A stretch of DNA of 40,336 nucleotides from the NCBI GenBank assembly GCA_000934665.2, contig JYFJ02003559.1, positions 1 through 40,336 on the forward strand, given 5' to 3'. Below are positions 1 to 10,998 of the stretch, in pieces. A model generated the notes under the pieces. That model was not told the DNA's origin. It searched no databases and was given only the letters and a program-made list of their open reading frames with translations. Origin of the DNA: Catajapyx aquilonaris (Eukaryota). Each line of letters starts with the position of its first letter. The first letter of the stretch is position 1. Both the position numbers and the translations under genes were made by a program.

Positions 1-55
1 CCCCCCCCCCCCGCCCCCGGAAATTCACACAAAATTAATATATACTTATTTGCCT

Positions 56-2920
56 TTACATTATATTTGCAAGCAACATTTTAGCAACGCACATATTCGG
101 AAAACAACCAAATAACAAAATACCAAGGGCACACTTAAATCCTGCAATAAAATCGTAAATAAGCATCAGATTTAAGTCAGCACCTTTTCTGCTTGTTGTT
201 GATCTCAAAGATCTAGTTGCAGGAGGAGAAATCTGGGATTCTGGGTCTATTTTCGTTTCCCTTGATTTTTCCCTTGGCTTCCCTCGGCCACTCCTAGTTA
301 CAGCTTCTGCCTGATCCACACTCAGTTGTTGTGCAGGTTCAGGATCTTGAGCTACACTCAATTGTTGTGTGGGTTCAGGATCTTGATCCACACTCAATTT
401 TTGTGTTGGTTCAGGATCTTGACACACACTGGGTGGTTCAGGGTCTCGAGCGACACTGACGTGTTGGGCCTGTTCAGGTTCTTCATCCACACATTCTTCC
501 TTCACATGAACCTGAATGCCATTATCCAAGTTTATGGTGCTGGAGCCTACATCTGGATTCTTCTCACCCACGTCACTGATGAGTTTTTTCTGGGCCTCCT
601 GAGTGAATTCCAAAAACTCCCACCACATCTGCACCTTCCCATGGCACACGCGACATATTTTTTTTGGAAGGGGATCTTCTTCCCCTATCTGCAACTGAAA
701 ATAGGCATTAGAATAATAATTCAAGAGTAGTACCACTTGTAATGTGTAAGTTCTCACTTGATATTACATTATCCTACCTACAGTCCTTTAACCCCTTCGG
801 CCCCAGATCGGCCCGAACCACACAGTTTTTGGCTTACGCGTACTCCGAAGATACGGACATGATATTTTGCAAATAATAACAGCTATACTTACGAGATCTG
901 GGAAAACCCTATGAATGTGTCTGGAACCATTTTACTCGTCTAGAAGTCCCTAAATTAATTTCCAAAAAAGGGCTATAATAACCCGAAATTGGACTACTGC
1001 CGCCCAACCTTTAGGCTGATTTAATTATGAAATGCGTGAAAATATGCGGAATAGCAACCTTGAGAACCATGCCAGAGGAATTTGCTGAAATCGTCGTGCT
1101 TTGCGAGAAATAAATTAATACCTATTTGCGGCTTTCTGGCACTTCGGAAAACTTCGGAAAACTCCCAAATTTATTTGTTTCTCATGAAGTACGACGATTT
1201 CAGAAAATTCATCTCATACTCATTTAGGAATTTTCCTAAGTGCTAGAAAGCCGCAAATAAATATTAATTTATTTCTCGCAAAGTACGACGATTTCAGCAA
1301 ATTCGTCTGGCATGGTTCTCAAGGTTGCTATTCCGCATATTTTCACGCATTTCATAATCAAATCAGCCTAAAAGTTGGGCGGCAGTAGTCCAATTTCGAG
1401 TTATTATAGCCCTTTTTTGGAAATTAATTTAGGGACTTCTAGACGAGTAAAATGGTTCCAGACACATTCATAGGGTTTTCCCAGATCTCGTAAGTATAGC
1501 TGTTATTATTTGCAAAATATCTTATCCGTATCTTCGGAGTACGCGTAAGCCAAAAACTGTGTGGTTCGGGCCGATCTGGGGCCGAAGGGGTTAAGCATGA
1601 GACAGACATGACGTCACAAGAAAACGTCACTACTACACACTAATCTGAAGCACGTGTGAGGATTCAAAAGACCTGAAATTGGAGGGAAAGTGGTGGTGAT
1701 TCGGAACTTGAGAGGGAGGAAGAGCCGGAATGGAGGTGGGGTGAACTTGACATCATGTCGTTGTCTTGCTTAAAGGACTGTAACTGAGGACTGGGTTCTC
1801 ATGAGATTTTACGATCCTCAAGAATATAAATCCTGCAGAACCACTCCCTCCTGAGCCCTGCTCCCATCTCCTAAAGCCCTGTAACTTTAGGCCATCCACA
1901 ACAAGTATGGACTGGACAAAAAATATGTCTCTGGATGGCATTTGTATTCTACAGTTTGTACAGGTGAAATTCCTACCATTAAATTACAGTAATACCCCAA
2001 TTGTTACTTAGCAAGGCAAGTGGATAATGTAGATCTGGTCCAATGTGCTGATAAACTGGCATTCCCCCTGGCCCTACCAGGATCGTAGGCGTGGAAGAAG
2101 GGGCTTGGCAATCAAAGATGGGGCTGGGGATGTTACTATGCCTATTATACCCAACACCTGCACCTCTGCCTCTGTGCCTCATCCCTTCCTCCTGCACAGT
2201 CGAGTCTGGCAGGGAAAAATATCAGTATATCTGAATGTTCGGCCAGATATAAGTCAGGGGATTGCTGTATTCAATCACAGCTATGCTTCAAGAGCATAGA
2301 GATGTGTGCTGTTTCAAGTCTCAAATGCTCCATATTCAGACCAAACCTGAATCAATGTCTTTAAAATCTAAGATCTTGGCAGGATGAATTTGACCAATTT
2401 TGTCCTAAATGGGGTCTCAGGGACCTTATGTTCAACTTATATATGTTTGCATTATTAGAAGTTGCACTGTACTTTTGCAGTTAGGCAACAGGGAAAATGG
2501 GCCCTTGTCAATAGGGATGTGAGCTAAATTCTGGCACATGCAGTGCAATGATGCGAGGCTTCAAGTACAATGCTTAGCAATTAATTGCATGTCCACCAAT
2601 GAGCTTGTGAGTCCTTATTTATGTTCTATCAAAACTCTGGGAAGATGCTCATTGAAGGTGATGGCTGCCTAGTCCATCCTAACTGGACATACACTGCCTC
2701 TCGTTACGCCTTGGGTTGTCATAGCGAGTGTGTGGCTGGTAGGCATGCTTACAGTGCTGGAGGGGAAGCACTTGTTGATCTTGTCCAGTAGCTCCAGCTC
2801 CTTCCCCTTCTTGCTGAAGACGTGCACCCCGTCTCCGGCATCCTTGGCGCACACCCTGCACAGCCTGGACAGATGCTTTCTTTTCTTGCTGCTGCTGCTG
2901 CTGCGTGTGCCGCTCACCAT
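56..2920 (-). CDS. ZAD (zf-AD) domain protein, N-terminal part. Exon 2920-2753 is spliced to an exon starting at 688; the 3' end is unresolved and probably continues left of the window
   Basis: The phase-0 join ACT|GTAAGC (2752) to TTGCAG|ATA (688) reconstitutes LCRVCAKDAGDGVHVFSKKGKELELLDKINKCFPSST-IGEEDPLPKKICRVCHGKVQMWWEFLEFTQEAQKKL. This is the CxxC...LPxxICxxC pattern of the ZAD domain, followed by an acidic VKEE linker. No C2H2 fingers are seen in the window. The start at 2920 is the nearest in-frame ATG. Confidence 0.85.
312..492 (-). repeat. Coding tandem repeat, about 33 nt (11 aa, QDPEPxQQLSV), roughly 5 degenerate copies in the ZAD linker
   Basis: Recurrent ggttcaggatcttga...acactca units; protein ARDPEPPSV-CQDPEPTQKLSV-DQDPEPTQQLSV-AQDPEPAQQLSV-DQ. 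Confidence 0.9.
781..1780. mobile_element. Older Tc1/mariner-like MITE (about 197 bp once the nested element is removed), TA target duplication
   Basis: TA at 779-780 and 1781-1782, termini CAGT...ACTG. The reconstructed left end tacagtcctttaagcatgagacagacatgacgtca matches the reverse complement of the right end, tacagtcctttaagcaagacaacgacatgatgtca. Confidence 0.7.
792..1590. mobile_element. Non-autonomous piggyBac-like foldback MITE, 799 bp
   Basis: TTAA at 788-791 and 1591-1594, termini CCCCTTCGG...CCGAAGGGG. Near-perfect inverted arms of about 360 bp (792-~1151 vs ~1230-1590) surround a spacer of about 80 bp. No transposase ORF. Confidence 0.92.
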
Positions 2921-3666
2921 TGCTGCCCTCCACTCACTCGACCAGACGGAGTCCGCTGCTGGCACACGATGCCAGCCAGAAGGTGTTGCTGCTGATGGTC
3001 TCTTAACAGCCACTGGAGCGTGCTGCACTGGAGAAAAGGTGGTCTTCTGGGTGCCTTCCAGTGAGGAAACGGTCTTCCATTCCCTTGCCCCAGGCGATGC
3101 CTAGAAACTCCGATAGGTGGCAGTACGGGACTCGCACTGCCCGCCTGCCTGAATCTTTCCATCGTTCCCGTAGATCGTTCCACACAACTTTTTTGCCCTA
3201 TCTGTTCATATCTAGCGTCTGGGACATTTTCCCGACAAAATTCGAGTAAGAATGGACCTCTTTCAACTAGAGCAGCAATGGGGGATGGCGGTATTGAGGC
3301 TGGCATGGCGTACTACTTTAGACGTACTTTTAAACCACTCGCGCTTCTGGCGGCTAATCGTCAAAGCTCCCTTCTTGGATATGGAATTGGGCGCTCTTTA
3401 CAACTGCAGGTCAGCTGCAGGTTTGTGACATCGCATCGCAGGCTTTATAAATTATGTGTAAACTGGAAGCTGATTTATTCATTAAGAGTAGCAGCTAGAG
3501 TAGCTGCCGAGAATAGCGTTTGAAAATTCTGATTGTAAGCCTGGTTATAACCCTGATACATATCGAATGACAAACTTAGGGAGGATGGTGAGGTAGGAAA
3601 TGAAGTGGGAGGATGGGAAATGCTAATTGAGCAACAATCTCGTAAATGGGCTCTGGAGCACGTAGG

Positions 3667-3925
3667 AGGGCCGGAGAGAGGTCTAGCCGGGCCCCAGGGA
3701 TGACAAAGATTCGGGGCCCGTTCCCTCAAATTTCAAACATTTTTTGACGGCAGAAAAATTCGTCCCGTATAGGCCGTATTAATATTACACACTTTAAAAA
3801 ATTTCATACAGGTATCTGATCATTAAAGGGAAAAACAAAACAAGTTTTTGACGAATATACTACCGTGTCACTCGGGCCCGAGGAATTTTGCCCCCCNNNN
3901 NNNNNCCCCCCCCCCCCCCCCCCGG
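3667..3925. repeat. GC-rich repeat remnant (AGGGCCGG...GGGCCC motifs) running into a poly-C tract with an assembly gap; probable MITE
   Basis: Repeated gggccc motifs, poly-C on both sides of 9 Ns (3897-3905), and a start similar to the element at 40277. Confidence 0.45.
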
Positions 3926-4518
3926 GCATATGTCGAGCGGATTTGTATGGGTATCAGACAGAAAGACAGATATACGTCGCGAAACTGTATTAGATTAGAT
4001 TAATCACATCTATACTGATGTGTCAAAGAAGATCAGCATTTATATCCACATTGACAATTAAATGAAGAAATTAATGTGACTTGCGATTTTTTAAAATATC
4101 CTTGTCATTTTAAAGACTGTATTGACCCATGAAGAGAGATAGTTTTGGAAACAAGCCGTACGATGCTGTTGTTCATGTTGGCTGTTGCGTCCTGCTGCAG
4201 GTTCTCTGGTTCTGCTCTCTCTCTCTCAGGTTATCTCTGCTGCAGGTTTCCTGCAGTGCTGCCATTAGATTTTCATTCCTGAGATTGTGGTGTCCTCTTA
4301 CGGAAAGATACGGAGTAGCTACGCGAAATCTTCACATCGTCTACTACTCTTATTATGAAACATTTTAACATAATGGAAACGACCAAAATTCCCAGCATTT
4401 GTGACGTACCTTTCCAATAAATACTGTAGAAGTAGACTACGTTTCAGCTATAGTCCACAATACTGTATGCCAGGATATTGAAAGGCTCTAAAAAGCCCCA
4501 GCAGCAACCCTATCACCG

Positions 4519-4598
<80 letters not shown>
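4519..4598. repeat. (ATT)n microsatellite, about 26 units
   Basis: Directly visible perfect trinucleotide tract. Confidence 0.98.
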
Positions 4599-4599
<1 letters not shown>

Positions 4600-5825
4600 A
4601 CACGCTGAGAATAAAGCGCATCCTGTCCAAACATTCCTGCTACATGTTGCCTGGAATGCAGCACGTAAATTGTAACATCGATTATCTCCGTAATGAACAT
4701 GCATTCACGATTCACCAAAAAGCAGGCAGGAAATGCGCAAACCTTTGGCACCACCTTGCAGAATCGTGTATCACTGACTATACCTACAGGTTATTCGTGA
4801 ATAAGGCACAGTTTCCTTATGCCATATCTTTTCCCCAGCATACGTGCTGCAATCTCAGTAGGACAAGTGTGACACCAGAATGACCTAAAACTCTCCACGA
4901 GGTGGGCTGACCAGTTGCACTGTCCATTATCACGGTTAACCTTCCAGAGTATCTGATGAGGCAGAGAAACTCAAAATGGCACTGATGTCAGTAGGTCTAC
5001 ACAGTTTATCAGCCATTTACGAATTAAATACCAAGGCAACTTTCGTGGCACGTTTCTGTGAATCGAATCTTGAAAATAACTTACCAACTCTTATATTGGC
5101 CTTCATTATTCTGTTTCGACATATTAGACTTCACAGGCCGATACACTTGTGGACTGCCTTGAAAATATGGGGCTATGCATTGCTTTTATGATGGTCTCTT
5201 GGACTGAAGAAATTAGGCCTACCTAGAGACTTCATCAAGACAGTGGTTTCCGGTCTTATGATACAGTCGTATGCAAGATAATGCCATTAGAAATGAGGCA
5301 CAAAGCTGGTGCTGGATTAGCAACGTTATACTTGGATTACCATTTAAACGAACGGCACTTGTTGTAATAATTCCTTGCAGGCAAGGAGCAATCTGTGCTA
5401 GATTCCTCCTTCCATTAATGGTGCTGTCCATGCCTCAAACTGGGAAGCCACTTTCCCAAAACCACTCACTCGTTAGTTATCTGCGACATGACCTGACCTA
5501 ACCCATCTGGACTTCTAGTTTACCTGGACCAGATATGCACTTGACCTTATTCTAAATGGCCTTCACAACTACAGCAAAAAAATCAGGGTTAAAGAATATG
5601 GTATATCTATCGGTATACTAGTAAATCATCGTGTAAATCAATAATGCTTCACTTTCAGGAGATTAACTATTCATCATTTTCTTGTAAGACTATAGTAAAT
5701 TTTTTTTCAATCAGTGTAGTGTCCCCAACTTTCATGCTTATTACTGTACATGTTTCTAATAATATATGTACGGTATACTATAATGCCTTACCAACCCACC
5801 GTTCTTCATTACATGATACCTTTAA

Positions 5826-5942
5826 CCTCCTGAGACCCCTGGTACAGTATACTGTACCTTTGTTTTTTCCAGCACCTTCTGACTAACTCAAAATCGTAAA
5901 AAAACAAAGGTGATTGAAAGGTGTACTAGGGGTCTCAGGAGG
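5826..5942. mobile_element. Small piggyBac-like MITE remnant (117 bp)
   Basis: TIRs CCTCCTGAGACCCCT(G)GTACA / TGTAC(T)AGGGGTCTCAGGAGG; flanks TTAA (5822-5825) and TTAT (5943-5946); internal inverted pair cctttgtttttt / aaaaaacaaagg. Confidence 0.75.
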
Positions 5943-7049
5943 TTATAAATTTATAATACAACCTACAAGGTAAGGATCTGGAGGTGCCACAAATACGAAA
6001 TTAAGGTGTTCAAGGTATGGCAAATTCATACAGTTTTATTTACATAAGGACAAGTAAAGGGGAACAATGTGTAAACATAATTATTGTAGCCTACACTGTC
6101 CTGTTTAATCTCTCAAGCAGTTTTCGGTTATTTTTTACCGCATCCGGACTTGAAAAATTGTGATATGGAAGATAGCAGAAAATTACTTATTTCTGTAAAT
6201 GTAGGCTCGTATTACTGATTTGAAAGAATTGAGAAATAATTACGGTCTTATAATTATATTTTGTAGCAATAGAAGACTGTCATGATATAGAATTCTGCCA
6301 AACTCCACTATAATCATCGCGCCAAGAGTGTACTTGTATAGTATCTCGAATCCATGCATTGATGCAAAACCTGTTCATTGTGAGTGTGCACCTGAACCTT
6401 ATACTGTAATAATCGATTCTTGATGCTCCCCACATTTCGCTTGCAAATTATAGGCTACATGATAAGTCTTAACCAGAACGAGAAAGTCGCCCCTCAACAA
6501 GATTGCAACGCACGATTTGCGAAGGGGATCCAATAACCGGCTTTAAAATAACGAGCCATGAATCACCCATAGCGATGGACCAAAGTAGGTGTCAATATCT
6601 CCAAAGGGGATTCTATGTACGGCAGATGGTGACCAATATAGGCGTATAAGGTACAGCAGGTAGGGATTCAGTCCGTGAAGCAAGTGGGTCACTGGAGCCA
6701 TGCGGGCATACATCCTTGACCCCTGGCAGCTGCTTGGATGGAGAGACGCTAAGAGGGTATAAAGGGTGGGGTTTCCATAAAACCTACGCGTTGCTAGGTT
6801 ATACCTGCACCATCGGAGAAACCTGTGTTTGACGCAAGTTTCGACTTTCTCCGTCGTCACTCGCGGATCTCTTTTGCGTGGGAGGTATTAAAGTACGTCA
6901 TTTTAGGCGGATAACAGCTTTCAAACTGTATGGCACTGATATTACTTAACAGTTAATATGTTTCGACCGGTGTTTGACATATAGCAGATAGCGAATTACT
7001 GTTTGTGTCATTTTGATATAACAGCGCATAAAACAATTAAAAGTTACAG

Positions 7050-8450
7050 TTCTGGTTGTGAGCAAGGTTGATCCAGTGTGTATGCAGATTGAGAGATGAC
7101 CTGGGCTCATGGAGCGTTGGAATATATGGAGAATGTAGGGCAAAAAGCACTTACTTCTAGTAAAAGTCACGGACTGTGGCCAACTTTGATATTGAAATTG
7201 ACCATCGAAAATAAGCGTGGCATGAGACTTTCTCCGACAAATTGTCAAACCGCACTTCTTTTATGTCTCATCGGAACATTCTTCAGCGAATTTGAGCATT
7301 TTGTTCCGCCAGCTTTCAGGTGCGGCTATGACAACCACCAAAAATATTCCAGACAAAAAAAAAGGTCTTGGGCTTCATCGCGTGGGCCTAAACTTTCCCC
7401 TCCAAGAAATCCCGTTACATTTCCTCCACGGGCAAGGTCTATTTTCAGGTTCCATATGACCTACTCTACCTGGTATCGTGGGGAAGGTCACCTTGGTTTC
7501 AATTTTTTCTTACCCCACGCTAGTTGTCTTCAACTCTTGATTTATCGTGTGAGGAAGAAATCTCCTGTTTTTTCTTTAAGAGAAAAAAAAAATCCGGCAC
7601 TAATGGTACTCCTCCTTGGCCGGAGGTGGGACCGATCCCTGTTCATCCTACCATTAAAGTCTCCTCCATCCTGATTCATCCGTGTATAGGGGAAGGGGTG
7701 AGAAGACGGACCCCTCTAAAAAAGCGGACATCAACAAAAACACGGAATGAAATGGACATCCTCAGGGTAGGGGTCCCCATAATAATGGGGGTTTTTTGGT
7801 TAGAAGTAGGTCATATCCGCCAACGGAAGGGAACTTGGACGAAAGAGGTGACGCCATCCAGCTGCTTTGGTTCCGCCTTCGACTTTCGCCCTCATTGCCT
7901 CCCGAATATTGCCATTGTCCATGGTCCGATGACTGGCGGAGCCCGCTTTCTTCTGAAATACTGAATATGGATTTTCCCAATAGGATATGGCCAGGTTGTC
8001 ACCCGGAACTACATATCATAAGTCATACTTCGTTACCTGGTTGTGCACATATTGGCTATATTGATCATGAAACTTCTCATTTTTATGACTTCCCATGGTG
8101 GTAGTCACAGGCATGAAGATGACCGTTTCCTATATGATTTCACGTGGTAATACGATTCGCGGTGGAGTTTAGAGGTATGATCAGTGGGAGTCATTGTTCC
8201 ACCTCAGCGTAGGTCTTTGTCATGGCCATCCTCATAACCGTGGGAGAAGTAAAGTGGGTCAGTTCCGTGCATAGAAGAGCTGTACCGGCATTACACCACA
8301 ACTTTGTATAGCCGTGTCCATTCCGGATGTGTCGTAAGGGCCTCTCACTTTCAAAGGACGTTTGGCCTTGTATCAAGGATGTTCCCAAAATGATTGCCCA
8401 TCTTCAATACTTACCGGAAAGACACGCGTTCTTCTCGGATTCTTATTCGG
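7050..8450 (-). pseudogene. Possible decayed protein-coding sequence of unknown family
   Basis: Minus-strand stretches with coding-like, His/Tyr/Gly-rich translation (e.g. SHKNEKFHDQYSQYVHNQ, PHYYGDPYPEDVHF) are broken by stops and frameshifts, with plausible splice donors near 8413 and 8036. No recognisable domain. Confidence 0.25.
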
Positions 8451-10907
8451 AGGATTTCGAACAAAAAAAATGGCCGAGGTTTTGTGATTATAGGAACGAG
8501 ACAAAGTCTTAGCTCCCGAAGTATAATAGTTGCACTTTTCGCCTGGCGCTCTCAGGAAAGTGTGCATGACCCGGTTTGTCTACTCCGTAAGTGGTGCATG
8601 CAGTCAATAGCATTATCATATCATGCCTATAGGAAAGTACGTAGTTTAGTGGACCCTAATTTGGTCGTGATTTTACATGTCGATAAGTGGCCATCCAGTT
8701 CAGAAAATAGGACACTGCTATTTATCCCAGCATGTTGTCTAATAAAACTAATACGCGGCTGTCATTACGTGCAGATGAGACGGACCCATTACTTTTGTTA
8801 ACAAATTGAAATTAATTTCATAGCGTCCTTGACACCCACATACAATATTAATCAAGCAGCCACGCACGAAGCTAATGACTACCTGCTTAACGGTACGTTC
8901 CATGAATCTCGCTTAGATGCATCTGACACATTCCAATCGCCGCCTTTTGTAGCCGGGTTCAAATAATTTAACTTATGTATAGGGAGAGCGAAAGGGTTTT
9001 CTTCTTTTCAGCTGTCCCCTGAAGGTCCCGTATAAACCTAACTGTCATGTAGTTCTGGGCGGGATGGGGTAGTTCCCTCCTACTCCTGTTACAGTAATCC
9101 CTACTAGCCCTGATTTCACCTTCCATGGCTAAAAATTCCGAACCGAAACAGGATGTTTCCGACAGAGAAACGGGGCGAGACAGAGAGAAATTATATTATT
9201 ACTTGTAATATTCCAAAAAGGCGTCAAACTCTTTCGTAGCCCAAGCCGAACGGAGAAAGGATGCTAGCAGGAACTTACAAGTAGGAAAGTGTATTAAGTC
9301 AATTAAACTGGCTCACACACCTAGGGAACTCATGTGGTCAGTATTCCAGATTTTCCGCTTAAACGCATTCCAAGTAATTCGGCGGTAGTGTTAAGTGGCA
9401 GCTGACTTCGACTACTGTACAGCATAATGAATGATATCAGAGATGTTTTGTCATTGGCACCGTGGCCTTGATCATTTTCTAACCATTATCAAGGTTGGCC
9501 TGAATAGTTTGACAGGAAAAAAAGAAATCAAAACATGTACTGCCCGGGCTAGTAATCGTATGTTTGAGCATCCCAGTTGTATGTACAAAAAAAAAAAGTA
9601 GGTGAGCATTTCCAAGGTCGTAAACCTTCTTTTGATTTATAACAGTTGGCCAATAGTATAACAAAACATGGGATGATAGTGGGAGGCGTTCATTGTGTGA
9701 GTTTTATTTTGTACGTTTTAGTAAGGCACAACTGGCACAAGAACTTAATTATATGTCCTTGTTGAAATGTTTCCGCCAGTCTGAAGAACGTCACCGTGAT
9801 GGTGCATGTTTTGCTGACATACTGCAGCTTCCTGCTTTCAGGATTGTAGGCTACAGTTCTTGCGTTTTTCTCGTGCCATGAAATCTGGCACTAAAGATAG
9901 GAAATTCTTCAACGGCAGTTAGCGAATGGGTTCACAAACGACTGTTGCCTTTTTTTTTTGTGATGCTCGATGCACTTCACAGCAACTTTATTTTGAAATT
10001 CGCAGCTCTTGGAATTTCCCTCCCATGAGAGATATCAACATCTACGTACAGGTATTGATGGTGTCACATGTGATGCAAAAATATATGGAGAAAAAGAATC
10101 TAACAAATTTTCTTAATAAGTACAGTTTGCATAATTCAGTTTTTTTCTGATCAAACACAGGTTGATTTGTTTCCACGTTACAAAAAAGTAGGCATTTTCT
10201 AATGCTATTTTGTCGGCATGACTTTATTGGGTATATTGCATGAACATGTTCATGAAGAGGCTGCTGACAGTTTATTGCGGCAGGTGGAAAAGTTAGTACC
10301 TGATTCCTACACCATCCTTGCATTGAATTGCACTGTAACTAGCACTTAACCTTTGCTCTGTAACACTTGCTCACCGTACCGCATGCTTTTACCTGACCAG
10401 ATGTAACCGTAAAGCAGCATAATGAACACAACTTTTATGGCTCTTGCCCAAACAATATTAATCTTCACCATATTTCCGAACAGTATTTCCCATATTCAAG
10501 GCGTCGTACAATTCAAAATTCATTACGCATTTTCGCAAGGATGCAAACATTCCTCCTGAACTGGTCCAGGTAAGTTGGTCACCAATTAATTGGACCTGCC
10601 GCACAAAACGTTGCGTATCCACTGACAGATGATAAACCACATTCCAGTCCGAGGATATTGCAACAAGTTCCTCCGGACGAGCCATGACAGTCGCTGTCAG
10701 TAGAAACAAGTGGAAATTACCACCTCCTAAGTGACATCACATCAGAGAGCAATGCGGAGTTGAAAGTCGAGGGAAAGAAAGGCTTTCTTTTGAACAAGTT
10801 GCGAGGGAGGGCTTCTGGAAAGGTGGGGGAATACCCCCACCATGTTCCTCCAGCTCTTTCGTCCCTCCCAACCCCCACCTGATGGAAGGCATGGATGGGT
10901 GGTGGCC

Positions 10908-10998
10908 TATATAACCCAAAAGCGGAGGGGGGGCCGCACTCAGTGTGCGCTTCTTCTTCCTACTCTCTTCAACTGCTCCGGCTGCCTTTTTGGTAAGT
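10908..10998 (+). promoter_or_regulatory. TATA + Initiator core promoter and a short non-coding first exon (10942-10992)
   Basis: TATATAA at 10908-10914, arthropod-type Inr TCAGT at 10940-10944 about 30 nt downstream, then a perfect donor GTAAGT at 10993-10998. Probably a distal promoter of the ZP gene. Confidence 0.6.

Noticed and set aside
1439..1630. 63-aa ORF as a possible transposase fragment
   Set aside because: It is only the translation of the MITE inverted arm, with no DDD/DDE features.
1753..1975. Minus-strand FTCTNCRIQM, resembling a C2H2 finger inside the ZAD intron
   Set aside because: No His ligands, an upstream stop, and the frame runs into a MITE TIR.
4488..4754. ORFs with poly-Ile and poly-Asn tracts
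   Set aside because: They are translations of the (ATT)n microsatellite.
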